DNA from: an uncultured Nitrospiraceae bacterium
GTDB lineage: Bacteria; Nitrospirota; Thermodesulfovibrionia; Thermodesulfovibrionales; UBA6898
DNA: 64,000 nt
NCBI GenBank assembly: GCA_963811165.1
Contig: CAWEQH010000010.1
Span: forward strand, 640,001 to 704,000
Direction: 5' to 3'
Each line of letters opens with the position of its first letter. Positions within the stretch are counted from its first letter, which is position 1. Both the position numbers and the translations under genes were made by a program. The notes beneath the pieces were generated by a model. The model did not search any database and had not been told where the DNA came from. It saw only the letters and a list, made by a program, of their open reading frames with translations. Of the stretch, positions 1-10,253 are shown in pieces.

Positions 1-774
1 GGAAACAGCTCAAAGGACCGGCCGGCAGAACAGTTTATTGTATTTTCGCAGAGCCACGATCAAGTCGGAAACAGGATGGCGGGGGACAGGTTGAGCGGGA
101 CCCTTTCTCTCGAAGAACTGAAACTTGTTGCGGGAGCGGTAATATTTTCGGCTTTCACGCCCCTCATTTTTATGGGGGAGGAATATGGTGAAACCTCGCC
201 TTTTTGCTATTTCACCAGTCACTCCGACCCTGATCTTTCCCGGGCGGTGAAGGAGGGCAGGAAAAAGGAGTTCGCCGCCTTCGGATGGAAGGGCAACGTC
301 CCGGATCCGCAGGACGAAAAGACCTTCCTTGATTCGAAGCTCGACACCGATCTTTCAGAAAGAGGGACTTACAAGCTGCTTTATGAGTTTTACAGGGAGC
401 TGATAAGACTGCGAAAAGAGATCCCCGCACTAAGGAACCGCGTAAAGGAAAACAGGGAAGTAAGGGGTCTCGAAGGCCACGATGCGTTATATATCATAAG
501 TCGGGTTAATAATGACGAGGCCTTCTGTCTCTATAATTTCGGCGACAACATCCTCAACGCCTGTTTTGCGCTGCCGGAGGGGAGGTGGAAAAAGGTGATC
601 GAATCTTCAGCCGCAAGATGGGGCGGAACCGGAGGCCGCGCGCCGGGAGATATAGGACTCAATGAAGGCAAAACATCTCTGAGCATCGCCCCATACAGTT
701 TCGTCCTGTACCGGGTATTTTTAAAAAAGGGATTAGATGGAGCGTTATCTAGGCCTGGGGCACCTGTAGTTTGA
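1..774 (+). CDS. treZ: Malto-oligosyltrehalose trehalohydrolase (GH13), 5'-truncated by window edge
   Basis: Frame is open from base 1: FIVFSQSHDQVGNR, LIFMGEEYGETSPFCYFTSH and AVKEGRKKEF..FGW..VPDPQ motifs typical of TreZ; treY is nearby. Confidence 0.92.
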   Translation, partial: GNSSKDRPAEQFIVFSQSHDQVGNRMAGDRLSGTLSLEELKLVAGAVIFSAFTPLIFMGEEYGETSPFCYFTSHSDPDLSRAVKEGRKKEFAAFGWKGNVPDPQDEKTFLDSKLDTDLSERGTYKLLYEFYRELIRLRKEIPALRNRVKENREVRGLEGHDALYIISRVNNDEAFCLYNFGDNILNACFALPEGRWKKVIESSAARWGGTGGRAPGDIGLNEGKTSLSIAPYSFVLYRVFLKKGLDGALSRPGAPVV

Positions 775-3181
775 AATTCTCGGACACTTCCGTGCAATTG
801 CGTATCCATTCCTGAGCTTTTTTGTCGCCCAGACCGGCTTTCTCCTTGAAGTCGGCCCATTTTGTGTGGAGGATTTTGTAGCAGATGTTCTGGATTTGCC
901 ACAGATTGATCTCAAACGGCAATGTCCGGACCAGTTTTGCGGCATTATTCAATCTCTCCATGCAGGAAAGGTCCTCACATTGATCGAGGGCTTGCTGGGC
1001 GAGACGCTCAATGTTGATTTTCAGTAGCAATCCCAGGGCAGCCTCATCCAGGGTTGCGCCGGCCAAACGAGCTTCTTCCAGAAGGGGTCTCACTACCTGG
1101 GGATCAAGTCCATCCCCTTGAAGTACTCCACGAAGTTTGGCATTCAGGCACAGGTCCGCTGCGACAGAAAGGACTTTTGGTCGTGGCGTGCCGGACCCGG
1201 TCAGAAAGCGAATCAAGGGAGCATGGTGTTCGTAAATCGAGCTATATAAAGCTTCGGCCTCTCTCAGGGTCGGCTCCATGATCATGTTCAGGACTTTTCG
1301 CCGCTCATCGGCAAACAACGATGTCAGAGAATACGTAGACGCCCCGAAGTATTGACCAATTAAAAGTATGGTCTTCGGGAAGTCAGCTACGGCAAAAGCA
1401 TCTGAAACATTTTTTACGAGGGCCTCATATTTCTGCGCTCCCTGATATTCACCGGTGCCGCAGGAGATACTGTGGTCACCAAGATGTAAAACGCCAAAGC
1501 ACAAGCTTGCGGATATGCGTGTAATTTTTGAAGTGACCTTTGCGCGCCCGATTGCGAGCTTTGTGCTGCCTGCCTGGAAACTTCGGTAATCCTCCATGGC
1601 GGCAGAATACGAATAAATCGAGTTTCGTTCACCCTCGATCTGGAACAGAGAGCTTATGGCATAGTGAGCACCCACAGCGGTCAATCCAAGCATGGCAGGC
1701 CTGACGAATACTTCATAAATTCTGCGGCCGTCACCGTGTTCAGGTATATTGCTCTTTGCAACCTCAAGATGTTCGAGAAAGTCAGGTTCATAGATATCGT
1801 GAAAAAGCTGGTCGGCCAACTGAAGGACCCTGCCCGCATATTGTATGACCTGGACCGTTTCAATCCCGGAAAGGTCGTCAAAAAACCAACCACAACTTGT
1901 GTACATGAGCATTGCGTGGCGTTGGAGCTCCATGAGCTTCAGGACCGTCATCTCGTCCTCATAGCTTAATGGGCGGGCCGCGTGGCGGCTCAAAAAAGCA
2001 CTGACCCGCTCGGGTGCCCGATCAACAATAATGTCGATGTAGTCGTCCCGGGCCGCCCACGGATCGGACAGAAATTGTCCGGCCAATTGTTCATAGGCCG
2101 GGGTAACGGTATCTCGCAGCCAGTCCAGCGCCGCACGCAGGGGGGCCCGCCAGGCCTGGTTCCAACCCGGGTGGCCTCCGCTGTTACACCCGCAATCCGA
2201 CCGCCAACGCTCTATTCCGTGAGCGCAGCTCCACGAGCTGTTTTCAAAGATTTTCACTTCGTGCGTCGGTGGATGGTCCGCCAGATACCCGCCATAATTC
2301 GTCAACTGCGCAAGTCCGTTGGACTCAATGTAATGGAGCGCGTGAGCGAGGGCCATGTCGCCGCCGCGATGGTGATGGCCGTAGCTTTCGCCATCCGTTG
2401 CGATGTGGACGAGGCGTGGAGAGGAATGGCCGTCGGGGAACGCGGACAAAAGCCTCTTGGCGAATGTCTCTCCGCTGTTTAGAAGTCCTTCAAATGCCAG
2501 AGCATGTGAAATGGAGCCGTCGTAGAAGAACAGGTTCATAACGCCGCCTGAAGGCAGCGATACCCTGTAAGCCATTCCTGGATCGATTCTCCCGCCGCTG
2601 ACATCTTGCCATTTATCACTGCCAAGGACCCGGACCTTCCGCGCCTGACTGGGGGAAAGTATGACAAATGCGATATCGTGTTGTGACATTATGTCCAGGG
2701 TTTCCAGATCTACCGCCGTCTCCGGAAGCCACAACCCTTCCGGCTTATGTCCAAAGCGATACTCAAAATCCTTTATTCCCCAAATAATCTGGGTCTTCTT
2801 GTCGCGGCTGTTGGCCAGCGGCAGGATCATGTGATTGTAAGCTTGGGCCATTGCTGAGCCATGACCCGAGAATTTCTCTACACTCCGCCTGTCAGCCTCC
2901 AGAATTGCCTCATAGGCTTCGGCGGCATACTTCTGCATCCAGAGCAGGACAGTCGGACCAAAGTTGAAGCTTATGTTGACATAATTGTTCACGAGTTGGA
3001 CGATTCGTCCTTCCGTGTCCCAGATTCTCGACACTGCGTTTGCAGCGTAGCATTCGGCTGAAATCCGCTCGTTCCAGTCGTGGTACGGGAACGCAGAATC
3101 CTGGATCTCAATCGCCTCCAGCCAGGGGCTTTCCCTGGGGGGTTGATAAAAATGCCCATGGATACAAATAAACCGGTCCAT
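749..3181 (-). CDS. GH57-family glycoside hydrolase with DUF3536 domain
   Basis: ICIHGHFYQPPRESPW, GLWLPETAVD and HIATDGESYGHH GH57 motifs; start placed at MDRFICI (3181) behind an AAGGAG RBS rather than ORF start 3223. Confidence 0.88.
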   Translation of the reverse strand: MDRFICIHGHFYQPPRESPWLEAIEIQDSAFPYHDWNERISAECYAANAVSRIWDTEGRIVQLVNNYVNISFNFGPTVLLWMQKYAAEAYEAILEADRRSVEKFSGHGSAMAQAYNHMILPLANSRDKKTQIIWGIKDFEYRFGHKPEGLWLPETAVDLETLDIMSQHDIAFVILSPSQARKVRVLGSDKWQDVSGGRIDPGMAYRVSLPSGGVMNLFFYDGSISHALAFEGLLNSGETFAKRLLSAFPDGHSSPRLVHIATDGESYGHHHRGGDMALAHALHYIESNGLAQLTNYGGYLADHPPTHEVKIFENSSWSCAHGIERWRSDCGCNSGGHPGWNQAWRAPLRAALDWLRDTVTPAYEQLAGQFLSDPWAARDDYIDIIVDRAPERVSAFLSRHAARPLSYEDEMTVLKLMELQRHAMLMYTSCGWFFDDLSGIETVQVIQYAGRVLQLADQLFHDIYEPDFLEHLEVAKSNIPEHGDGRRIYEVFVRPAMLGLTAVGAHYAISSLFQIEGERNSIYSYSAAMEDYRSFQAGSTKLAIGRAKVTSKITRISASLCFGVLHLGDHSISCGTGEYQGAQKYEALVKNVSDAFAVADFPKTILLIGQYFGASTYSLTSLFADERRKVLNMIMEPTLREAEALYSSIYEHHAPLIRFLTGSGTPRPKVLSVAADLCLNAKLRGVLQGDGLDPQVVRPLLEEARLAGATLDEAALGLLLKINIERLAQQALDQCEDLSCMERLNNAAKLVRTLPFEINLWQIQNICYKILHTKWADFKEKAGLGDKKAQEWIRNCTEVSENFKLQVPQA

Positions 3182-3218
3182 CAACAGCACTCCTTTGGCG
3201 AAACACTCTTTCACTAAA

Positions 3219-3246
3219 AGCATATCAAAATACCGGATACTGTCAA
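3219..3246 (-). promoter_or_regulatory. Putative sigma70 promoter of GH57 gene
   Basis: TTGACA-16nt-TATGCT on minus strand. Confidence 0.45.
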
Positions 3247-3500
3247 CGCGACACTATTTTTGAGGTTTCATAGGCTTCTCACCTAACTCGAAGTAACGTT
3301 GAAAATCGTCCGGGCCGGTGGACAATAATCCCCGTAACGCCGTTTTGTCAGGGAACTGGTGAGATTGTCACAACAATCAAGACATGATAAGATTTGAAAA
3401 AAGGAGAGTGATAGAGGAATGGAAGAAACAATCGCCCCCTTCGAATTTAAGCACGACATCAGCATCCACCATCTTTCGACCATATTGCCGGAAGGGTAGC

Positions 3501-6494
3501 ATGGAGGATACAGACAAGTCCTTTCCCAGGATACCTGTTTCGACCTACAGGCTTCAGTTCAATCACACCTTCGGATTCAATGATGCCCGGGGGATAGTCT
3601 CCTATCTCCACGATCTCGGCATTAGCGATGTCTACGCATCTCCCTACTTCAAGGCACGGAAGGGAAGCCTTCACGGATATGATATCGTTGACCCCTCTGC
3701 ACTGAACCCGGAAATTGGAACAGAAAAAGAATATGATGCATTTGCAGGGGAAATGGACAAATATAGAATGGGACAGGTTCTCGATATCGTTCCTAACCAC
3801 ATGAGTTGCGAAAGTGAAAACCCCTGGTGGATGGACCTCCTCGAAAATGGAAGGACTTCTCCCTATGCTGTCTTCTTCGACGTAGACTGGAATCCGGCTG
3901 TGAAAAAGCTCTCCGGCAAACTTCACATCCCTCTTCTTGGAGACCAGTATGGTAAGGTACTTGAAAGTCAGGAACTGAAGTTAATGTTTGACGAAGGCGC
4001 ATTCTTCATCTGTTATCAGGAACAGAAGTTTCCCATATCGCCTGAGACTTACATTTTTTTACTCCAGCACCGCCTCGAAGACCTTCAGAACCTAATCACC
4101 GATAATGGTCCTCATCTGACCGAACTCTTGAGCATAGTCACCGCCCTCAAGCACCTGCCTCCGGCCACAGAGAAAGATAGGGAAAAAATCGAGGAACGAT
4201 ATCGCGAAAAGGAGATCATCAAGAAGCGTCTTTTAACGCTGTACCGTGAAAGCGCCGAAATAAGGGACTTCATTGACGCAAATGTGGATATATTTAACGG
4301 CAAGAAGGGCGACCCGAGGAGCTTCAATCTTCTGGATGGACTCCTCGCTGAACAGGTATGGAGGCTCTCACATTGGCGAGTCGCAAATGAAGAGATTAAT
4401 TACCGCAGGTTTTTTGACGTAAATAACCTAGCCGCGGTGAGGACCGAAGACCCGGCCGTCTTTAAGGAATCCCACAAACTGATATTCAGGCTTGTCGAAA
4501 AAAAAAGGGTCACCGGATTAAGGGTCGACCACCCGGACGGCCTGTACAACCCTTCAGAATATTTTGAAAAGCTTCAACGTGAATGTTTCAGCCGACTCGT
4601 CTTCGCTGAAGTCTCGGAAGATGATGATCATGAACAGTCTGATGTGGTCCCGGAAGTGTTGAGGCGATATGAGAGGCTATTGTCGGCAGACCCGCAGTAC
4701 AAGCCCTTCTATATAGTCGGAGAAAAAATCCTCACAAAGGGCGAAAAAATGCCTGAGGACTGGCCTATTTTCGGAACGACGGGTTATGTTTTTTTGAATT
4801 CTCTAAACGGAATCTTCATAGACACGAAAAATGCAAAGATGTTCGATAACCTCTACGCAAAGTTCTCGGGGACCAAAAATCATTTTGCCGATGTGGTGTA
4901 TGAAACGAAGAAGCTCGTGATGCAAGTAGCCATGTCAGGCGAGATAAACACCCTCGGAAATTACCTGAACAACATCTCTGAAAAGAACAGGCATACCCGG
5001 GATTTAACACTGAACAGCCTAACCGGGGCAATAACCGAAGTCATCGCCTTTTTTCCGGTCTACAGGACGTATATAAATTCATCGACCGTTAAAGACAGAG
5101 ACCGTCAGTACATAGAGGCGGCGATTTCCAAGGCTAAAAGAAAAAATCCCGCTATCAGCGCATTCATATTCGATTTTCTCGGAGATGTCCTTTTGCTCAA
5201 ATTCCCTGAAGACTTTAGCGAAGAAGATAAGAAAGAGTGGTTCGATTTCGCGATGAAGTTCCAGCAGCTTACAGCGCCTGTCATGGCAAAGGGGGTCGAA
5301 GATACAGCCTTTTACGTGTATAACCGCCTCGTTTCGCTTAATGAGGTCGGCGGAAGCCCTGACAGGTTCGGTCTGTCCCTGGAGGCATTTCATGGACAGA
5401 ATCTGGACAGGCTCAAGTTCTGGCCCCACGCCCTTATCACGACTTCCACCCATGACACAAAACGGAGCGAAGATGTAAGGGCAAGGATAAATGTCCTCTC
5501 AGAGATCCCTGACAAATGGAGAGAATGTCTCACCAGGTGGAGTTACCTCAACAAGAAAAAAAAGACTGTCGTTGAAGGACGGGATATACCGGACCGTAAT
5601 GAAGAGTGTCTTATTTACCAGACACTCATTGGCGCCTGGCCGCTTGGCCGTCCCGATGAGACCGAATACGATGTCTTCAAAAAGAGGGTCAAAGAATATA
5701 TCATAAAAGCGCTAAGGGAGGCTAAAGTCAATACTAGCTGGATAAATTCAAACGTAGCTTATGAAGATGGCGTGACCTCTTTTATCGATGCCATTTTGGC
5801 GATTAGTGCCGGCAACAAATTTCTTGAGGAGTTCGAACCTTTCCAAAAGACGATTTCCTCTTTCGGCATGTTGAATTCCTTATCGCAGACATTGCTAAAA
5901 ATAACTTGCCCGGGCGTTCCTGATTTCTATCAGGGGACTGAGATATGGGATTTCAGTCTTTGTGATCCGGATAACCGGAGGCCTGTCGATTTCGACCGCA
6001 GGAGGACAATGCTTACCTCTCTGAAAGAAAACATGGCAAAGTACGGACCGGATTTAAAAGTAGTATTGAAAGAACTCATCGAGAAGTGGGAAGACGGGTC
6101 CGTAAAACTTTATGTCACATCTAGGGCACTGACGTATCGGGGAGAGAACCATATGCTCTTTATGGAAGGAGCCTATATGCCGCTCACGGCAGAGGGAGAA
6201 TTAAAAGATCAGGTCTGCGGATTTGCGCGACAAAGAGACAATAAGACTGTTCTTGTTATTGTTCCTAGGTTTATGACTCAAGTCTCGCATTTTACCGTTG
6301 AAGTTCCATTTGGAGAAAAAGTGTGGGGGAAGACCGGGATTCTGCTGCCGGATGAAATCTCGGGCAATATCTTTACAAATGTTCTCACAGGAGAAAAGGT
6401 GAAAGCGGTTCGCCGAGCTGAAAACAGGGTATTGGCCTTGGCCGATGTCTTCTCCTGTTTCCCGGTGGCAATGCTCGTGGGAGAAGGACTGTAA
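3501..6494 (+). CDS. treY: Malto-oligosyltrehalose synthase
   Basis: PVSTYRLQF, GSLHGYDIVD, DIVPNHM, INYRRFFDV, GLRVDHPDGL and STHDTKRSEDVRARI motifs; likely start 3501 (ORF opens at 3384). Confidence 0.95.
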   Translation: MEDTDKSFPRIPVSTYRLQFNHTFGFNDARGIVSYLHDLGISDVYASPYFKARKGSLHGYDIVDPSALNPEIGTEKEYDAFAGEMDKYRMGQVLDIVPNHMSCESENPWWMDLLENGRTSPYAVFFDVDWNPAVKKLSGKLHIPLLGDQYGKVLESQELKLMFDEGAFFICYQEQKFPISPETYIFLLQHRLEDLQNLITDNGPHLTELLSIVTALKHLPPATEKDREKIEERYREKEIIKKRLLTLYRESAEIRDFIDANVDIFNGKKGDPRSFNLLDGLLAEQVWRLSHWRVANEEINYRRFFDVNNLAAVRTEDPAVFKESHKLIFRLVEKKRVTGLRVDHPDGLYNPSEYFEKLQRECFSRLVFAEVSEDDDHEQSDVVPEVLRRYERLLSADPQYKPFYIVGEKILTKGEKMPEDWPIFGTTGYVFLNSLNGIFIDTKNAKMFDNLYAKFSGTKNHFADVVYETKKLVMQVAMSGEINTLGNYLNNISEKNRHTRDLTLNSLTGAITEVIAFFPVYRTYINSSTVKDRDRQYIEAAISKAKRKNPAISAFIFDFLGDVLLLKFPEDFSEEDKKEWFDFAMKFQQLTAPVMAKGVEDTAFYVYNRLVSLNEVGGSPDRFGLSLEAFHGQNLDRLKFWPHALITTSTHDTKRSEDVRARINVLSEIPDKWRECLTRWSYLNKKKKTVVEGRDIPDRNEECLIYQTLIGAWPLGRPDETEYDVFKKRVKEYIIKALREAKVNTSWINSNVAYEDGVTSFIDAILAISAGNKFLEEFEPFQKTISSFGMLNSLSQTLLKITCPGVPDFYQGTEIWDFSLCDPDNRRPVDFDRRRTMLTSLKENMAKYGPDLKVVLKELIEKWEDGSVKLYVTSRALTYRGENHMLFMEGAYMPLTAEGELKDQVCGFARQRDNKTVLVIVPRFMTQVSHFTVEVPFGEKVWGKTGILLPDEISGNIFTNVLTGEKVKAVRRAENRVLALADVFSCFPVAMLVGEGL

Positions 6495-6538
6495 GCACTT
6501 CTGCTACCGGGGAGTTTTTGCACAGACTCCTGACTACA

Positions 6539-6904
6539 TCACTTGTTCCCACCCTCTTGTTCAACAGATTCCGCCACAAAAACCACCAATTTCTCGTCAC
6601 CGACCTGAAACGCCTCATCTATCCTTCCTTTTGCACTGACTGAGGACTTCACTTCAGGCAACGCTTTTTTGGTAAGCACAATAATTTCACCTGTCTTATC
6701 TTTAAGCCTGAAGAATTTCATCGTGGTAAAAAAGGCCGTCCGGTCTGTAACTTCCCCCTCAATAGTGACCTCTTTCCCTTCATATTCCTTCGGATTACTC
6801 AGGATCGACTCTATCTTGGTATGATGGGTTCGGTTGAAGTAATACCACGCCCCACCGCCTATCACGAGTACTAACAAAACGGAGATGACTATTTTCCTCA
6901 TCAT
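6539..6904 (-). CDS. Membrane-anchored OB-fold-like hypothetical protein
   Basis: N-terminal TM helix, then I..NPKEYEGKEVTIEGEV...LKDKTGEI OB-fold-like pattern; has its own promoter. Confidence 0.6.
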   Translation of the reverse strand: MMRKIVISVLLVLVIGGGAWYYFNRTHHTKIESILSNPKEYEGKEVTIEGEVTDRTAFFTTMKFFRLKDKTGEIIVLTKKALPEVKSSVSAKGRIDEAFQVGDEKLVVFVAESVEQEGGNK

Positions 6905-6961
6905 GATCTTATCCTCTATTGTTCATAGAAATTCGCAGAGTGGTACCGGAATTCATACTTC

Positions 6962-6990
6962 ATGTTAGTGATGCAATTCCCCTTTGTCAA
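6962..6990 (-). promoter_or_regulatory. Putative sigma70 promoter
   Basis: TTGACA-17nt-TAACAT on minus strand upstream of 6904. Confidence 0.5.
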
Positions 6991-7040
6991 CAAAAATCCA
7001 ACGGGCGCGTGACAGGTGTCTCATGGTATGAAAAAAAGCA

Positions 7041-8495
7041 CTAGGCGGACGCGGCGCTCTTCCTTTTCTTAAACAGGTCTCTTTTTGTCCAGAGCCAAAA
7101 GAGGCTCTTCATGCTTTTAAACGCGGCCGCAAAGTCATGGGGGTTTCTCAGCTCAAAGAGCCTTTTTGCGATGAAAGAAGGCCTCGAATAAAACCTCCGG
7201 AATGCGATCTGCCTGAGTGTAAGTATCTCATCCTTCGTCATTGTGTGGGGGATGAACGCCGCGCCCTGATAGGTATAATCCCTTAGTTCTTCGGATATCG
7301 TACCGTATTTATCGAGGTTGTCGTAAAGGTAAGTCCCCGGGAAAGGCGTGATGGCGTGAAAGTTGGCGATGTCCGGATTGAGGTCCAGGGCGAATTCTAT
7401 GGTCTGGAGCCCTTCTTCGAAGGTCTCGCCGGGGATGCCGAACATAAAGGGCGTACTCACCCTGAGCCCAACCTCCTGAGCGGCCTTTACCGCCTTTCTG
7501 ATCTGTTCCGGCGTCGTCCCCTTACGGATTGTATTTAGGTTCTTCTGCACGCCGCTTTCGGCGCCGAACAGTATTGCCCAGCATCCGGCGTCCCTAAACG
7601 CCTGCAAGAGGGGCTTGTCGACCTGGTTGACACACGCAGAGGCGAACCAGGTGAAATCGAACTTCCGCGCCTTGATCTCGGAGGCCAGGGTCATGGCCCT
7701 GTCGTAATCCGCGGCCAGCGTATCGTCTATGAACTTGATCTCCCTGTATCCCTGTTTAAGACAATGTTCGATCTCCTGAAGAACGTTCTCTACACCCCGG
7801 TATCTGACCCCGAGCTTACGGTCTTTGTCAATCTGAAAGCAGTAGATACACCTTCTGTTACAGCCCCTCGACGTCATCAGTACGGCAACCGGCTTTCTTC
7901 GGTACGTAGCAGGAGGGGGGATATAGAGGTTTGCATCGCCAAGGAGTTCCCTCGCCGGAAAAGGAAGGATATCGAGGTCGGTAATCAGCGGCCTAGGCTC
8001 GTTCTTGACGATCTTCCCTCCTGAACAAAAGACAACACCCTGCACCCCTTCGAGGTCCTTGCCGGCATCAAGTCTTTCAACAATTTCAAGGGAAGTAAAC
8101 TCGCCCTCACCCGTCACGATCGCATCGAAAAGGTCCCCGGCGTCTTCGAGACATTTCTCCTGCACGGCGATAGGGTAAGGCCCTCCCGCACAGAGGAATA
8201 TGTGCCTCCCGTATATCGCCCTTAGCTCCGATGCGGTCTTCTTCGCCTTCTCCCACCCGAAGGTAGTCGAGTAAATACCGATGAAGGAAGGGCCGAATTC
8301 GCGGGTCTGCCTCATAAGTTCCTCATGGTCCATAAAAGCGCCGTTGAGGAATTTCACTTCATGCCCCGCCCTCTTAAGCACTGCTGCCACGTAAAGCGTC
8401 CCCAGCGGCTGCCAGTAATTAATCTGCGAGCTCGCCGTCTTTGACGAGAAGATATCTTCCGGCACCCACGACGGTATGACCAGGGCGCATCTCAT
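7041..8495 (-). CDS. Cobalamin-binding radical SAM protein (class B methyltransferase-like)
   Basis: PLGTLYVAA..GHEV B12-binding domain, GEGE, SRGCNRRCIYC (CxxxCxxC), FGAESG, GIPGET. Confidence 0.88.
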   Translation of the reverse strand: MRCALVIPSWVPEDIFSSKTASSQINYWQPLGTLYVAAVLKRAGHEVKFLNGAFMDHEELMRQTREFGPSFIGIYSTTFGWEKAKKTASELRAIYGRHIFLCAGGPYPIAVQEKCLEDAGDLFDAIVTGEGEFTSLEIVERLDAGKDLEGVQGVVFCSGGKIVKNEPRPLITDLDILPFPARELLGDANLYIPPPATYRRKPVAVLMTSRGCNRRCIYCFQIDKDRKLGVRYRGVENVLQEIEHCLKQGYREIKFIDDTLAADYDRAMTLASEIKARKFDFTWFASACVNQVDKPLLQAFRDAGCWAILFGAESGVQKNLNTIRKGTTPEQIRKAVKAAQEVGLRVSTPFMFGIPGETFEEGLQTIEFALDLNPDIANFHAITPFPGTYLYDNLDKYGTISEELRDYTYQGAAFIPHTMTKDEILTLRQIAFRRFYSRPSFIAKRLFELRNPHDFAAAFKSMKSLFWLWTKRDLFKKRKSAASA

Positions 8496-9917
8496 TTCGC
8501 GTTCCCTGCAAAGACGAGTCTTGCGGCGCCATCCTCTTCCATAGCAAAGTCGTTTCCTTTCCCCAAAATCTTCTCTGCGGTCGTAATGCCGGATTCTATT
8601 GCGTGGTCCATATTGTAATACCTGAACATCCCCGCCCTGCCGGCCATATGGAGGTTTTCGAACCGGCCGAGATAGTCGTAGAGTTCATCGCAGAGTTCCC
8701 GATACCCGACCTCAAAGAGAGGATAAGCCTTAGGGGTCCTGACCACGACACTGCCGATTACCTCGCGAGCACTGATAAAACCCAGGCGCTCCATGTTTTC
8801 TACCGCGATATTCGTGAGCGCGCCGTCATCAGCGTTCCATGTCGCATCCCCTGCAAAACTGAAGAATTCCGTTACAAGGAGCGTTTTCCCCTCGGGCGAC
8901 ATCTGATTGCTCCAGTTCGTCGGCTCATGGATCCTGCCGAAGGGGATGCTCTGTTCCGGTATGTATATCCACGTCTGGTCAGTCACCCTTTTCCTGTCGA
9001 CCATTAGAGCGACCACCACAAGGTCCCTGAATTTAAGTTTCGAAGCCGCATCGAGTATATGCCCGGGAGGAGCTGGATCGAGCATCCGTACCAGATTGGT
9101 CAGCGGCATGCTGGAGACAAATTCGCCGCCGCGAAGGACAGCGGCCCCTCTGTGGGTTATCACTTCCGCGCTCTCAATCCTTGAGCCCAAGTGATGCAGA
9201 CGCGCAACCCTTGTACCCGTCTGCACGTCACCTGCCTTCTCTATCTCTTCCTTCAGTCGTTCCGATATCCGGCCGATCCCGAGCTTCGGGTATATGAACC
9301 TGTCTGCGAGGGTAGGAAGGTCTTTCCCGCTGAACTTGAAAAAGGCATTCTTGACGGCCTTCGCAAGAGAAAGTCCTTTGATCCGCTGAGCCACCCACTC
9401 GGCGCTTATCCTGCTGCAGTCGATGCCCCAGACCTTCTCACTGTATTCCTTGAAGTAGATTGTAAACATCGTCCTGCCGAAATTACTCACCACCCAGTCC
9501 TCAAGAGAAACGTTCTCCGAAGTCTTTATCAGCCCCCTCGCCTTTTCAGCGCCGTAATCGGCCATTATCCTGAGCGTTGTCGGAATACCCAGGCCGAACA
9601 TGGCATTCATAGGTTTAAGGGGATAGTCGAAATATTTTCCACGCAGGTATATCTTGCTCGTACGGTTGACCCAGATCAGTTCCTCGCCCATCAGTCCTCT
9701 GACGAACTCATCGACGGTCCTGTCCTTCGTAAAAAACCTGTGCCCTCCCAGATCGAAACGGAACCCGTCCTTTTCGAATCGTCTTTGAAAGGCCCCCCAC
9801 CACCGGGTCACTTTCGAAAACTGTTACCCTCCGGCCGGCCCTCGTCAGTACACATCCGGCCGAGAGGCCTGTAAGACCTCCCCCGAGGATCAATATATCA
9901 TTTGCAGGACGGTTCAT
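8492..9917 (-). pseudogene. FAD-dependent oxidoreductase (HemY/UDP-galactopyranose mutase-like), split by a 1-nt frameshift near 9777
   Basis: N-terminal ILILGGGLTGLSAG..VFES..VGGLSKT in one frame (ATG 9917, AAGGAG RBS); the rest (EKDGFRFDLGGHRFF...GRAGMFRYYNMDH) is in another frame; removing one T restores one ORF. Confidence 0.8.
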
Positions 9918-9942
9918 GCTCTCCTTGGCAGCAGGGCCCTTT

Positions 9943-10173
9943 TCATCTGCAGCCGCAGCAGCCGCCCGATATTCGCACAACATGCAGCCCGTCTCTTTCT
10001 TCCATTTCAGCCAGGCAACCCGACATCCTCAGAAAGGCCTTCACCTGCACGAAATCGCACTCCCTGTCAACTAACAGTTCTATAGATACGTCGTGGCCGG
10101 GCTGCGTCTTCAGCGCATCCCTCAGCACAAGAAACAGTTCCCGCGTCCGCAGCCGCCTTCCATCGATCACCAT
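9943..10173 (-). CDS. TusA/SirA-like small protein with C-terminal CCGC
   Basis: 76 aa, MVIDGR.L start and IELLVD strand resemble the TusA fold; lacks CPxP, ends GGCCGCR; next to yeeE. Confidence 0.55.
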   Translation of the reverse strand: MVIDGRRLRTRELFLVLRDALKTQPGHDVSIELLVDRECDFVQVKAFLRMSGCLAEMEERDGLHVVRISGGCCGCR

Positions 10174-10253
10174 AGTATTAGTCTAAAGGTGTTCACATCT
10201 TTTTTTCCAGCGGGCAGCTCAGAATACTTCATCGCACGAGCGTCCTTCCCAAC

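Noticed and set aside
49..75. TreZ region IV reads QSHD instead of the usual QNHD
   Set aside because: Catalytic His-Asp are retained; a single substitution is not enough to claim altered function
10167..10232. 21-aa ORF MKYSELPAGKKDVNTFRLILW overlapping the TusA-like start
   Set aside because: Weak RBS, lies just after a terminator, and no supporting features
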